64,000 nucleotides of DNA from positions 64,001-128,000 of the IMG/VR virus record IMGVR_UViG_3300032295_003763. One strand, 5' to 3'. Numbering within the stretch: position 1 is the first letter of the stretch; the number at the start of each line of letters is the position of its first letter. The stretch is from a virus (Duplodnaviria; Caudoviricetes). Positions 1-9,734 of this stretch are shown here, piece after piece. The notes under the pieces were generated by a model. It was not told the origin of the DNA. It searched no databases and was given only the letters and a program-made list of their open reading frames with translations. Made by a program: the position numbers and the translations under genes.

Positions 1-1452
1 AAGTTCAGAAATTTTGTCTAAAAGTTGATCCAATGTAGGCTTAGATTCCTTTTCTTTTGCCATTTTTTGAATCTTACTTATTTCATCTTCCATTTCTGTT
101 TCAGGCGATTCCTCATATCTAGGCTCTTCCATTTCTGGCTCTTCTGAAGTAGCACCCATCGCATTTGCATAAATTGTAGCTACTTCTTCGATTGGCCACA
201 TATCTCTATCTATTTCTTCATTAAATATTCTTTTGAACAAATCCATAAATACAGCATCAGGTGTTATTTGTTGATCATATAGATCACGTAAAACATTATA
301 CATCATGGTTTCATCATGTTCCGTAATAACACCTTTCTTAATCAAATGATTCTCGACATCAATAAAGAACTCTCTGAATATATTTACGATCATAGGTCCA
401 TAAACAAATCCCTGTTGTTCCTTAAACCAATTCTCAGTCTTTGCTTTAATTCTTTCTAGCTTCTCTTTTTCATACTTCATACCAAAATGAGAGATTACTT
501 CAAATACTCCTTTAATCATCTCTTGAATTGCTAAGATTAAGCAAAAAGCTTTAACTTCAATAACAGGCTTACCGTCTTTATAGATAACATGCATTCTCGC
601 TGGAACGATAGCTCCACCACCGCCCATTTGACCACCTTGTTGATCTTGCATTTTTTGCATATATTCCATCATTTGCTTGAACATTTCAATATCCATATAC
701 TTATGAGACTCTAAACTAGTTCTCATAAATTTAAAATACTTTTCAAGTAAATCTGAATTTATTTGATCAACGAGGTCTTGCATATCCTCATCAAACATAC
801 GACCTTGACTAGTTAAAGCAAATCCTTGTGTAAGTGCATTTATAATTTCTCTTTTGCTAATTGCTAGTTTAATGTCTTCGTCAGTTTCTTCTTTTCCCTT
901 TTCTGCTTTAGGTACATCTCCACCCAAATTACTTTCAGGATCTCTTACAAACTCTACATCAAATTCTAAATCAGAGAATTGAGGTCCCTTTTTCATCAAT
1001 GCGGAACCATCAATAATCTTCTTAACAATTTCTCTAGCTATATTTTCAAGTTCTTCATCAGAAAACGTTTCTTGTTCAATTCGACCTATTTCCATCATTG
1101 TTTGCATGGCTTCCATACCCATACGTTGAAATTGCATTTGGTCAGGTCTAGGTAAACTCTTTTTAAACTTGCCAAAAGATGGAAGGTCTTCCAAACCTTC
1201 TTTAATAGAATATTTAGAATCTGATTTATATAAAGAATTAAAACGTTCAATACATTTCTTTAACTCTTCCTTCCAGTTTTTAGGAACTGGATTAATACTT
1301 GGTTGAGGTGGATTAAATGGTGAAGGTCTCTCTGGAGTTCTTTCTGGAGTCTCTACAGGTGCTTCTTTTGGGGCTGGTTTAGTTTCAGGTTCAGCTGCTG
1401 GCATATTATATGCATACTCATTTAATCCAAGTAGATATTTCATTTTTTTCAT
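1..1452 (-). CDS. Large hypothetical protein (partial, runs off the window start); not in the supplied ORF track; CTS-like leader and Pro/Glu-rich linker
   Basis: Manual translation from the ATG at 1452 (or 1443): MKKMKYLLGLNEYAYNMPAAEPETKPAPKEAPVETPERTPERPSPFNPPQP...; frame appears open to position 1; GATATATA at 1480-1487 upstream. Confidence 0.85.
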   Translation of the reverse strand, partial: MKKMKYLLGLNEYAYNMPAAEPETKPAPKEAPVETPERTPERPSPFNPPQPSINPVPKNWKEELKKCIERFNSLYKSDSKYSIKEGLEDLPSFGKFKKSLPRPDQMQFQRMGMEAMQTMMEIGRIEQETFSDEELENIAREIVKKIIDGSALMKKGPQFSDLEFDVEFVRDPESNLGGDVPKAEKGKEETDEDIKLAISKREIINALTQGFALTSQGRMFDEDMQDLVDQINSDLLEKYFKFMRTSLESHKYMDIEMFKQMMEYMQKMQDQQGGQMGGGGAIVPARMHVIYKDGKPVIEVKAFCLILAIQEMIKGVFEVISHFGMKYEKEKLERIKAKTENWFKEQQGFVYGPMIVNIFREFFIDVENHLIKKGVITEHDETMMYNVLRDLYDQQITPDAVFMDLFKRIFNEEIDRDMWPIEEVATIYANAMGATSEEPEMEEPRYEESPETEMEDEISKIQKMAKEKESKPTLDQLLDKISEL

Positions 1453-1496
1453 AATAAATAAATGTTTTTTGTGATATACTATATATCCGTTTAATC

Positions 1497-2060
1497 CTAT
1501 TGTTTTACAAAAATAGGATTTTTTGTTTTAATGAAGAAATTTACGAGATAGTCGAAATATTGTTGTCCACCATACTCTACTAAAACAGGTGGACCCATCT
1601 TTTCAACATTTTCTAATCCATCTACTGTTAAAGTGTTCCATACCCAATATGGTTGTGGATTATCAGGTGTCCCTCTTTTACCTAACTCTAGATTTCCTCT
1701 TATTATCGAAGCGAATTTTTGGAAACCTTCTTGAGTTATAGGGGAATAGAATGTATAACTTTTTAAATTATTCCAGGGTGTAGTTACAACAAAGAATTGA
1801 CAATTTAAATTTACACCAACTACATTTATAATCAAATCCCTGATTTTTTCAATATTAAATCCACCTTCAATACTATGAAATTTTTTAATTTCATCTAAAA
1901 AAATCTTACCTACATCAAGAGTAGGCATTTGCATATTTGATTGTTTAGCATTTAAATGTTGTTCGGTCATTTTGACCTTATTGCGATCTCCCCAACCTCC
2001 AAATAGATTCAACAATTCAGGTTCATTAGAAACAAACGACCATTCTTTATTCTTGCTCAT
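1497..2060 (-). CDS. Hypothetical protein
   Basis: 187 aa ORF overlapping the end of the upstream gene; no recognisable motif. Confidence 0.7.
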   Translation of the reverse strand: MSKNKEWSFVSNEPELLNLFGGWGDRNKVKMTEQHLNAKQSNMQMPTLDVGKIFLDEIKKFHSIEGGFNIEKIRDLIINVVGVNLNCQFFVVTTPWNNLKSYTFYSPITQEGFQKFASIIRGNLELGKRGTPDNPQPYWVWNTLTVDGLENVEKMGPPVLVEYGGQQYFDYLVNFFIKTKNPIFVKQ

Positions 2061-2790
2061 AATCTTTCTTTAAATCAATAATATTTAAATCAAAATCTGT
2101 AGAATCTTTTTTATAACCAGACATAGACTCATCGTACATATCGCTTGTCCATTGATGGTTAAAAAACAATTCATCTGGAGTATTAAAACCATACATTTCA
2201 AGTATAGATTTTTGCTGTTCCAGTACTTCCTTGCCTCTCCAATTATGTCCGATGACTATAAGACCTGCTTCTTTACCTTTTACTGGATTAGATTCTTTTA
2301 AAGAGGACTGCATGTTTTCAATCCATGTTAATCTTTCTAATAACTTCTGATAAGTTGCATTCATCGATCCCCATCTAATTGAACCGAAAAATACAACAAC
2401 ATCTGCTTCATGAATAGCTTTAGAAATTCTCCACAATTCATCATCTGGGTTATTTAAGGATGCCCAACATCTCATAAAACCATCTGGGTTCTTCTCTTTA
2501 TCATCTAAAATTGCTTTTTGTTCACCACAATGATTACCATCTCTATGAGAAACATTCCCCTCACATGGATAAATTTTTAATTTAAATGCGTCAAATATTC
2601 TCGGCTTTGGGTCAATCATAGAAGCCATAACTTCAGCTAATTCTGATGATTTAGGAATTTCTTTATCCCATCTGTTAGATGTTGTTATAAATACACATTC
2701 CTTCCCTTGTAAATACTCAATTGTATTGAGCAAAGGTTTGAATTCACCAGAAGATGCTTCAAATAAACTAAATGGAGTTATATTCTTCAT
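2047..2790 (-). CDS. Flavodoxin-like NAD(P)H-dependent FMN reductase / iron-sulfur flavoprotein family protein
   Basis: Flavodoxin-fold motifs TTSNR...SSEL, DVVVFFGSIRWG, KLLERL, KGKEAGLIV; Cys cluster PCEGN...HCG...RCW. Confidence 0.75.
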   Translation of the reverse strand: MKNITPFSLFEASSGEFKPLLNTIEYLQGKECVFITTSNRWDKEIPKSSELAEVMASMIDPKPRIFDAFKLKIYPCEGNVSHRDGNHCGEQKAILDDKEKNPDGFMRCWASLNNPDDELWRISKAIHEADVVVFFGSIRWGSMNATYQKLLERLTWIENMQSSLKESNPVKGKEAGLIVIGHNWRGKEVLEQQKSILEMYGFNTPDELFFNHQWTSDMYDESMSGYKKDSTDFDLNIIDLKKDYEQE

Positions 2791-2842
2791 TTTAAACTTT
2801 TTATGATTTAAAGTATATATCTAATAAATAAAAGTTCATACT

Positions 2843-3049
2843 ATGAATTACGCTAGAAAAGTAAGAGAATTAGAAAAGATTTACTTTAATGAAAGTAAAG
2901 AGAATGAAAGTAATAAGTTCGAGTTAATAGAAACTCACAAAAAATATGAAGAACTTAAAACTCTATGTAAGGATCTTTTGAATAATTATGACAACAAAGA
3001 AAATATAGAAGATTCAGTAATTAAGATAAAATATCACCTTATGGGTTAA
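2843..3049 (+). CDS. Small hypothetical protein
   Basis: 68 aa ORF filling the gap between two minus-strand genes. Confidence 0.5.
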   Translation: MNYARKVRELEKIYFNESKENESNKFELIETHKKYEELKTLCKDLLNNYDNKENIEDSVIKIKYHLMG

Positions 3050-3495
3050 TCTTTCTTCAAACGATTATAAAGATCTTTTTTTATAGCGGATAAATGTTTG
3101 CAGAATTTAGGTATCCTCTGGGGATTCATTTTTTTTAATGGCTCTCCATTTGAAGATATGATTTCAGAAGCATCCTTTGTCCAAAGTAACCATTCATTTT
3201 CATATCTAAAATCATTACAATCACAATGAGCAATAACATGTTGATCTAAGTTATCTAAAGTTATAACTTTATCACTTAAAGGCTTCACCCATTGCTTATG
3301 CTTATTACCACTCGATACAGTGGTTGTCTGATATACATACTTGTTCTTTTTAGTTCTGGTCACAAATTTAACAATAATGTCTTTAGCCCTTTCTTTATAT
3401 CTCTTTGGAGTTCTTTTATAAATATAATTAAATCTTAATTCGTTAAGACTGGTATCTAATTTATTATGTAAAAAATCTATGAATGATGTCAGCAT
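3046..3495 (-). CDS. SWIM-type zinc finger protein
   Basis: HCDCNDF...FCKHL matches CxC-Xn-CxH. Confidence 0.7.
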   Translation of the reverse strand: MLTSFIDFLHNKLDTSLNELRFNYIYKRTPKRYKERAKDIIVKFVTRTKKNKYVYQTTTVSSGNKHKQWVKPLSDKVITLDNLDQHVIAHCDCNDFRYENEWLLWTKDASEIISSNGEPLKKMNPQRIPKFCKHLSAIKKDLYNRLKKD

Positions 3496-3506
3496 GATTT
3501 TAAGAA

Positions 3507-4187
3507 TTAATTATTTATTTCTGAAAGATGCTCTTGGAACAAATTATAAATAGTAGGTGTCCACAAATCCTTGGATAAATCTATTGGGCTTAAATTAGCA
3601 GCATTCTTTATAGTTGGGTCTGCTCCAAAATCTAATAACAATTGAACTGTATCATCCGATTCTCTTTCTAATGCATAATGTAAGGGTGTATTACCCTCAT
3701 CGTCTTGTGCATTTGGATTTATACCTTGGGCTAAAAATAATTCAGTAAGAGGCAGGTTAGCATATTCAGCCGCTAAGTGTAATGGAGTAGCAGCATTAAA
3801 TTTGCTTTTGATGCTCTTTACATTCGCACCATACTCAATAAGTGTTTTTGCAACATCTACCCCCTTATAGTTTTCTGCTACACTAAATATAGGGGTAAAA
3901 CCCGATTCATCTTCTATATTTGGATCCATACCATAATCTAAAAGCATCTTAACTAGATCCGCTTTAGTTTCATATCGGCATGCTATATGTAAAACAGTTT
4001 CACCAAAAGCATCATCAATATACTCCAAGTTTGCCCCAAGTTCTATAATATTTTTTACATAATCAATATTCGCATCTTTGGTTTCTCTTTTCTTAATCTC
4101 ATCAATAATTAATTTAGTCTTATTATTGGGAGACATAATCATATATTCATATGGATCAAATTCTTCAAAGAGTTTAATATACTTCAT
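3507..4187 (-). CDS. Ankyrin repeat protein with CTS-like leader
   Basis: GETVLHIAC, GFTPIFSVA, ATPLHLAAE, GNTPLHYAL repeats; N-terminus MKYIKLFEEF. Confidence 0.92.
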   Translation of the reverse strand: MKYIKLFEEFDPYEYMIMSPNNKTKLIIDEIKKRETKDANIDYVKNIIELGANLEYIDDAFGETVLHIACRYETKADLVKMLLDYGMDPNIEDESGFTPIFSVAENYKGVDVAKTLIEYGANVKSIKSKFNAATPLHLAAEYANLPLTELFLAQGINPNAQDDEGNTPLHYALERESDDTVQLLLDFGADPTIKNAANLSPIDLSKDLWTPTIYNLFQEHLSEINN

Positions 4188-4196
4188 AGTAAATCT

Positions 4197-5483
4197 TTAG
4201 ATTATAATAGGTTCTTTAGGCTCACCCTTTTCATCTGATTCAACATCGGGCCATACTTTACCTGACTTAGCAGTTGGCTTAGATTCTTCTTTCTTTTTTT
4301 CTTCCTCTTTTGCGGTAACATAAGGTAAATAAGAATCACTAAGATTTTCTAAAGCCCATCTGGTCTGCTTTCCTATTCTACCATCTACAGTCAATTTTCT
4401 TCCATCTTCGTTCATGGAATTTTCTTGAAAACGAATGACAGCAGAATGTGTAAGTTCACCAAATTTTCCAGTTATACCACCTTTAAATATACCCATTGCT
4501 TGAAGTATCTTTTGAACAACTTTTATTATTGCACCTTCTTGGATACCATTATATCCAATCCATGTTTTATTAGGGGAATATGATTCTAGCTCTTTAGCAA
4601 ACTTAGATGCTAATTTAGAACTGATCTTCTCCTCTTCTATCAAAATACAATTATCAATAAGTAATTCTAAACAATGAACTAAAACTGTTGCTCTCCATGA
4701 TATATCTGCACCTGGAAGCAAATCATAATACCGCATGTGATAATATGTGTCCTGTATAGATTCTGCTAATTTCTTAAAAGGCTTTTCTATAACACTCTCG
4801 AACTCAGTCAAGTAATCAATTTCTGTACTCTCTCCGAATATTGAATGGAATGTGCTTATGTCATATTTTTTAACAAAGTCAGATAATCCTAAAAATGTTT
4901 GAGAAGGCTGATAATTACCCATAAGATTAGTTAAAAATACACCAATCATATAAATAGGATTTCTATATTTTCTCGTTTTAATTAAAATTTCTTTCTGAAC
5001 AACATCGATTGGACTACTTGCATCAGTAAAGTCAGCATCAGATCTTTCGATTTTTACTTTCTTCAAATTTTTAATCTGGTCTGGGAGAATAGTGCTTAAA
5101 TAAGATTTATAATTATTTATATCTTGCTTAATGACCTTAGCTGCCTTTTTAACTTTATCTTTATTTTCCTTTAGATATAACAAGTCTTGATATACTTCTA
5201 CATCCGTCTGACTAGTAGATTTCTCAAGTAATGTCATCATACCGCTTGTACATGACTTATAACCAACATCAACCATATTCCATAGTGATGATGTTGGAAG
5301 GAGAGCTTCTTGGAATGTTTCATTACCATTAAATATTTCAATAGTTGATTGTGCTGAAAGAGCAGTAATTTGATAAAGGTCTGACATTCTGAACTCTTTC
5401 AATGTCAAACCATAATAACCATCATAAATGCCAGCTATTTCATTTAATTTAGCTTCTTTGAATTTACTATATCGTGTAATCAC
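4197..5483 (-). CDS. Protein with C-terminal peptidoglycan-binding domain (PG_binding_1-like)
   Basis: IKVVQKILQAMG...GKFGELTHSAVIRFQ...LTVDGRIGKQTRWAL; GTG start. Confidence 0.85.
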   Translation of the reverse strand: MITRYSKFKEAKLNEIAGIYDGYYGLTLKEFRMSDLYQITALSAQSTIEIFNGNETFQEALLPTSSLWNMVDVGYKSCTSGMMTLLEKSTSQTDVEVYQDLLYLKENKDKVKKAAKVIKQDINNYKSYLSTILPDQIKNLKKVKIERSDADFTDASSPIDVVQKEILIKTRKYRNPIYMIGVFLTNLMGNYQPSQTFLGLSDFVKKYDISTFHSIFGESTEIDYLTEFESVIEKPFKKLAESIQDTYYHMRYYDLLPGADISWRATVLVHCLELLIDNCILIEEEKISSKLASKFAKELESYSPNKTWIGYNGIQEGAIIKVVQKILQAMGIFKGGITGKFGELTHSAVIRFQENSMNEDGRKLTVDGRIGKQTRWALENLSDSYLPYVTAKEEEKKKEESKPTAKSGKVWPDVESDEKGEPKEPIII

Positions 5484-5513
5484 AGCTTTAAATTATATTT
5501 GCTTGTATATATC

Positions 5514-5550
5514 AAAAAAATAACCCTCTTTTGAAAATATCAGAAGAGGG
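5514..5550 (-). terminator. Rho-independent terminator
   Basis: CCCTCTT/AAGAGGG stem, with an A-run on the plus strand giving a U-tail on the minus strand. Confidence 0.65.
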
Positions 5551-5571
5551 CTGGAAAATTATAAAATTTAT

Positions 5572-6504
5572 TTAATAACCAAAGTTTTTCAGATTATCTG
5601 GATTGAAAGATGTGGTAGATGCATCAACACTAACTCTCCTAGTCTTAGTAATTGTGCCTTTAGGTTTAGAAACCACTGATACCTCAGTATCGGCTTTCTT
5701 ATCATCGGATTTTACATCTTCAATTATATTTTCTGATATTACTTCAGCCAATCCTTCTACATAGTATTTATATGCAAGTAAAGAAATATCTCTGATGATA
5801 TAATTCCCTATGTTATTTTTATCAAATGAAGAAATAGAACTTTTTGAAATTTTAAAACCAGGTGTATCGGAATAACCTGTCAATATTTCTGGCGATATTC
5901 CTAATTTAGGATCAAAATCCCTCGAAGTCAATGCGGATTTGAGGTCTTGAATGAATTTAGTTTTATTACTAATTTTTTCAAAAACATCTCTTTGTGAACT
6001 GTTTAATTTATCAAATATTCCTTTAGATTTTAATAAATCTACTAATTTATTTTCAGAAAGTAATTTAACAACATTTGAAGGATTTTTCAAATTTTCACTA
6101 GCAGATGCCATCACATAACTTTCACTACCTATATTTGGAATAGATATTGAATCTAATATATTTTTATCAGTTCTATATTCATTCTCCAATTCCTTTAAAA
6201 CACTAGCAGGGAAATCAGTATAATTTGGATTAGTATATTTTTCAATCTTTTTCCACATTGGATTAAATACATCTTTAGCCTTAAAATTCGTAGTTCCATT
6301 TTCTGGCGTAATAATCGTATTTAAGTCCGTATTAGCTGTACCTAAGATTCTTTTAACCAATTTATTATACATTTCAGAATGCACATATTCCATCAAGGTT
6401 TTATCTGTATAAACAGATTCATTTACATTATCAATATTATATTCTGAATTTGAATTATTTTCAGAAATAAATTGACTATAATTTAATATTTTTGACATAT
6501 TCAT
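5572..6504 (-). CDS. Hypothetical protein with CTS-like leader
   Basis: 310 aa; MSKILNYSQFISE...VNES. Confidence 0.8.
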   Translation of the reverse strand: MNMSKILNYSQFISENNSNSEYNIDNVNESVYTDKTLMEYVHSEMYNKLVKRILGTANTDLNTIITPENGTTNFKAKDVFNPMWKKIEKYTNPNYTDFPASVLKELENEYRTDKNILDSISIPNIGSESYVMASASENLKNPSNVVKLLSENKLVDLLKSKGIFDKLNSSQRDVFEKISNKTKFIQDLKSALTSRDFDPKLGISPEILTGYSDTPGFKISKSSISSFDKNNIGNYIIRDISLLAYKYYVEGLAEVISENIIEDVKSDDKKADTEVSVVSKPKGTITKTRRVSVDASTTSFNPDNLKNFGY

Positions 6505-6508
6505 CTAT

Positions 6509-8029
6509 TTATTTTACAGAAGACACATTATTAGGATTTGTATCCATAAAGCTTGTACTACCTACATTAGACAATGGACCCTGTGCATATTTTTGTTTTA
6601 GTGCTTGCACATAACCATTAATAAGAGCTTTAGTCTCTCTTCCAATTTTACCATCTTGTAATTTAGCACCAGCTTTCATTTGGAAATCCTTTACCCCACG
6701 CTCTGTTATAGTATCAAATACTTCAGAATTCAATTTACTCTTTTCAACATTACCAGAATAAATCAATAAGTTGTTAATCAATTTAACAACCTCTGGGTTC
6801 ATTTTTCTTGATCCAACTTTATAAACAAGTCTATCGGTTGTAAAAAATCCAAGATTTTCTAATTTTTCTACAATCTCTGCTTGTGCCATAGCTTTATTTC
6901 TAAGAATATTAAACTTCTTTTCACCCGCTTCCTTTTTAATTGTTTCTTCTTTCTTTACTACTAAACTTTCAACTTCTAAATTCAAGTTTATAAGTTTCAA
7001 AGAAACTAAAGAAACCACACACATATACATTACCTGCATAGATGGAGTAAAGATATTCTTTGTATCTTCATCTGGGCTTTGCAAAAACACTCTCTTTAAA
7101 AGAATTGAACTAACTTCATTTAACAATTCACCCATAGGTTCAAATACACCAGAATCTATTGAAGGTATAAATTGTTTCATAGCCATAATTGCATCAGGCC
7201 CAACTACTCCGCTAGTAAGATTTATTGAAGTATAATTCTTTCCAAATTTAGTTGAAAGCTGTTGACCATAAGGATACATGTTTATAACCATTTCATAAAA
7301 GCCTGCTAAACGGTCATATAAATCTACAGATTTAATAAGTTCATTAGGTTCTAACAAAGATCCAACTAAAAGTTTAGGATTAGATTGTATTGTATCTGAT
7401 TCAATCTCTTCTAGTTCCATACCGTCTACAACTGTATACAATCCTTTCAGACCAACAGTTGATGCTGACTGTTCTAAACTAGTCAAAGTTTGTTTAATTA
7501 TACTAGATATATCTAAATTATACAATGAAATAAAACTTTGCTTCAACGCTTCTGATTTAAAATCTATTGTAGTAGATTTCATAAAATTCTTTACAGCTTC
7601 ATCAATTTTAGGTATAACTGATGATATTCCACTAGGACTTGTAATTTCTGAAATCTTTTTCTGTCTTTCACCATAACTAGTTTTAGTAGCATCAATTACA
7701 GCCTGAAAACCAGCTGATAAGTCCTTTTCTATGAAGAGGATTCTAGTATCCATATAACTGATTTGAGATCTAATTAATTCAAATGCACTCGTATTAGATG
7801 CCTTATCTTTCCCCATAACTGGAGCCAATGATGGCATATTAGATTTAATAAATGTATGGATCGCATCAGATTTTTCTAAATCCAAACCTTCAAATAGTTT
7901 GTCGATCGTCAATTCAGACAATCTAAATTTAGCATCTTGATCAAATAGACCGAACCAGTCAGATGAAATAAAATTACTTTCATTCAATCTGAATTGATCA
8001 TGGTTATTATAAAAGTTTTTAAAAAGCAT
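6509..8029 (-). CDS. Protein with C-terminal peptidoglycan-binding domain; paralog of 8301-9719
   Basis: VKLINNLL...FDTITERGVKDFQ...DGKIGRETK; shares PS[ML]Q and LExLGFF motifs with 8301-9719. Confidence 0.8.
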   Translation of the reverse strand: MLFKNFYNNHDQFRLNESNFISSDWFGLFDQDAKFRLSELTIDKLFEGLDLEKSDAIHTFIKSNMPSLAPVMGKDKASNTSAFELIRSQISYMDTRILFIEKDLSAGFQAVIDATKTSYGERQKKISEITSPSGISSVIPKIDEAVKNFMKSTTIDFKSEALKQSFISLYNLDISSIIKQTLTSLEQSASTVGLKGLYTVVDGMELEEIESDTIQSNPKLLVGSLLEPNELIKSVDLYDRLAGFYEMVINMYPYGQQLSTKFGKNYTSINLTSGVVGPDAIMAMKQFIPSIDSGVFEPMGELLNEVSSILLKRVFLQSPDEDTKNIFTPSMQVMYMCVVSLVSLKLINLNLEVESLVVKKEETIKKEAGEKKFNILRNKAMAQAEIVEKLENLGFFTTDRLVYKVGSRKMNPEVVKLINNLLIYSGNVEKSKLNSEVFDTITERGVKDFQMKAGAKLQDGKIGRETKALINGYVQALKQKYAQGPLSNVGSTSFMDTNPNNVSSVK

Positions 8030-8065
8030 TGTTTTATAATTATTTTGTTCTTCTATATATCTGTA

Positions 8066-8125
8066 TAATAAAACTAGATATGCTCAATAAAGCAAAAAAC
8101 TTCATTGAGCATATTTTAGTTTATT
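8066..8125. terminator. Long imperfect hairpin (terminator or RNA-processing site)
   Basis: AAACTAGATATGCTCAAT ... ATTGAGCATATTTTAGTTT inverted repeat. Confidence 0.6.
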
Positions 8126-8126
8126 A

Positions 8127-8288
8127 TTATTCTTCTAACAACTTATAAACTTCTGTGAAATCAAAGTTATTACCATCTTTTAGAATAGTAAAACTCATTT
8201 CTTTTTTATCTTCTTCGAAAAGAATAGAGTTACTTTCGTTTATTGTGTCATTTGAAAGAAAATCATTGAATTTTAATATTTTCATCAT
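8127..8288 (-). CDS. 53 aa protein with CTS-like leader (absent from the ORF track)
   Basis: Manual translation MMKILKFNDFLSNDTINESNSILFEEDKKEMSFTILKDGNNFDFTEVYKLLEE*. Confidence 0.75.
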   Translation of the reverse strand: MMKILKFNDFLSNDTINESNSILFEEDKKEMSFTILKDGNNFDFTEVYKLLEE

Positions 8289-8300
8289 GTTTTATTATTT

Positions 8301-9719
8301 TTAAGCTTTATTATCACTTGTAGTATCTACACCCTTAACTGCCACTTTATCTTCTTCTGATTTACCTTCCATTCTAGTTTTTAAATCTTCTACAAAAGTA
8401 GATATTGATAATTTTGTATTTTTACCTATTCTTCCATCAGATTTTAAACCTTGTCCGTTAATCTTAATTTTCGATTGGAAAGTTTTTACAGCTTCACCTA
8501 ATATATCCGCATCGAAAGTACCTCTATTGATATAACTTGATGATTTAGGTAAAAGACCCATTTCGCTGAAAAGTTTTTTCAAAGAAACGATCATATCCTG
8601 CTCAATCTTAGAAAATTTCTTTTTTTCATAAAAAATCTTTTCACTTTCAAAGAATCCAAGCTTTTCGAGTTCACCATACGAATCTAAAATACCTTTAGCT
8701 TTAGCTTGTACTTTTTCGGATAAAATAGATTTTTTCTCTTCTTTCTTCTCTTCACCCTTAACTGATTCTACTTCTGTTGAAGCAATAGCCTTTAATACCA
8801 TAACTGTAGTTAAAGAAATGAATAGTGCTTGCAAAGAAGGAATAGTGATATTCTTCTTATATTCAGCACCCAATAAACCATATTGTTCTTCTACAATTTC
8901 TTTACAGATAGAATTCAAAAATTCTTTAAAATCATCTATCTTTGAAGGAATAATCTTATTCTTTAAATCAGCTGAAATAGAAATAGAACCTACAATTGAT
9001 TCTAAATAATCATAAGGATTATTATTATATGATATAAATTTCAATCCATCGATATTCATTGATTTTAATACCATTTCTAATAACATAGAAACTCTTACAA
9101 TAGGATTCTTACCCATAATATTCTTTTCTATAGTAGAATCAATATCAGTTTCTTTTAACCACAGGAAAGAATCTAAAGCAAATGAATCAGGTTCAATCTC
9201 TTTCAAACCCATATCATCTACCTTTTGATACACGGAATCCTTTAATCCAGTTTGATTTCCTTGAATATTTGCCGTTAAAGCTTTAAAAAAGATTTCTAAA
9301 ATTGTATCTTGACCCTTTAAAGATCTAACATTAGAAACAAGTTTTTTAATATCTTGTTTATTTTCTTTTAAAAATTCAGAAACTTTTTCTACAATATCCT
9401 TTTCAGCTTTCTTTACTGCTTCTTTAACATAATTCAATTGTTCTTCAACAATTCTGTCAGCAGTTGTATCTTCAGCTGTACTTTCATTAAAGAGATCTTT
9501 AGCTACTGGTAAATTTCCAGATAGCTTTGTATAAGTTTCAGAATCAGTGTCGATTTCCAAGCCTCTTAAAAGATGGTAAATACTAAGTTCTTTTAAGTAT
9601 GGTTTAGCACTTGTTCTAAAAAGTCCGCCTGAAAAACTTTCGTTAATGAAAACAGTTTTGGATTTCAAAGCTTGTTTCAATTCATCTACTCGTTTTTGGT
9701 AAAAATTTTCGTCAATCAT
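8301..9719 (-). CDS. Protein with C-terminal peptidoglycan-binding domain; paralog of 6509-8029
   Basis: GTFDADILGEAVKTFQ...LKSDGRIGKNTK. Confidence 0.8.
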   Translation of the reverse strand: MIDENFYQKRVDELKQALKSKTVFINESFSGGLFRTSAKPYLKELSIYHLLRGLEIDTDSETYTKLSGNLPVAKDLFNESTAEDTTADRIVEEQLNYVKEAVKKAEKDIVEKVSEFLKENKQDIKKLVSNVRSLKGQDTILEIFFKALTANIQGNQTGLKDSVYQKVDDMGLKEIEPDSFALDSFLWLKETDIDSTIEKNIMGKNPIVRVSMLLEMVLKSMNIDGLKFISYNNNPYDYLESIVGSISISADLKNKIIPSKIDDFKEFLNSICKEIVEEQYGLLGAEYKKNITIPSLQALFISLTTVMVLKAIASTEVESVKGEEKKEEKKSILSEKVQAKAKGILDSYGELEKLGFFESEKIFYEKKKFSKIEQDMIVSLKKLFSEMGLLPKSSSYINRGTFDADILGEAVKTFQSKIKINGQGLKSDGRIGKNTKLSISTFVEDLKTRMEGKSEEDKVAVKGVDTTSDNKA

Positions 9720-9734
9720 ATAATTTAGGTTTTT

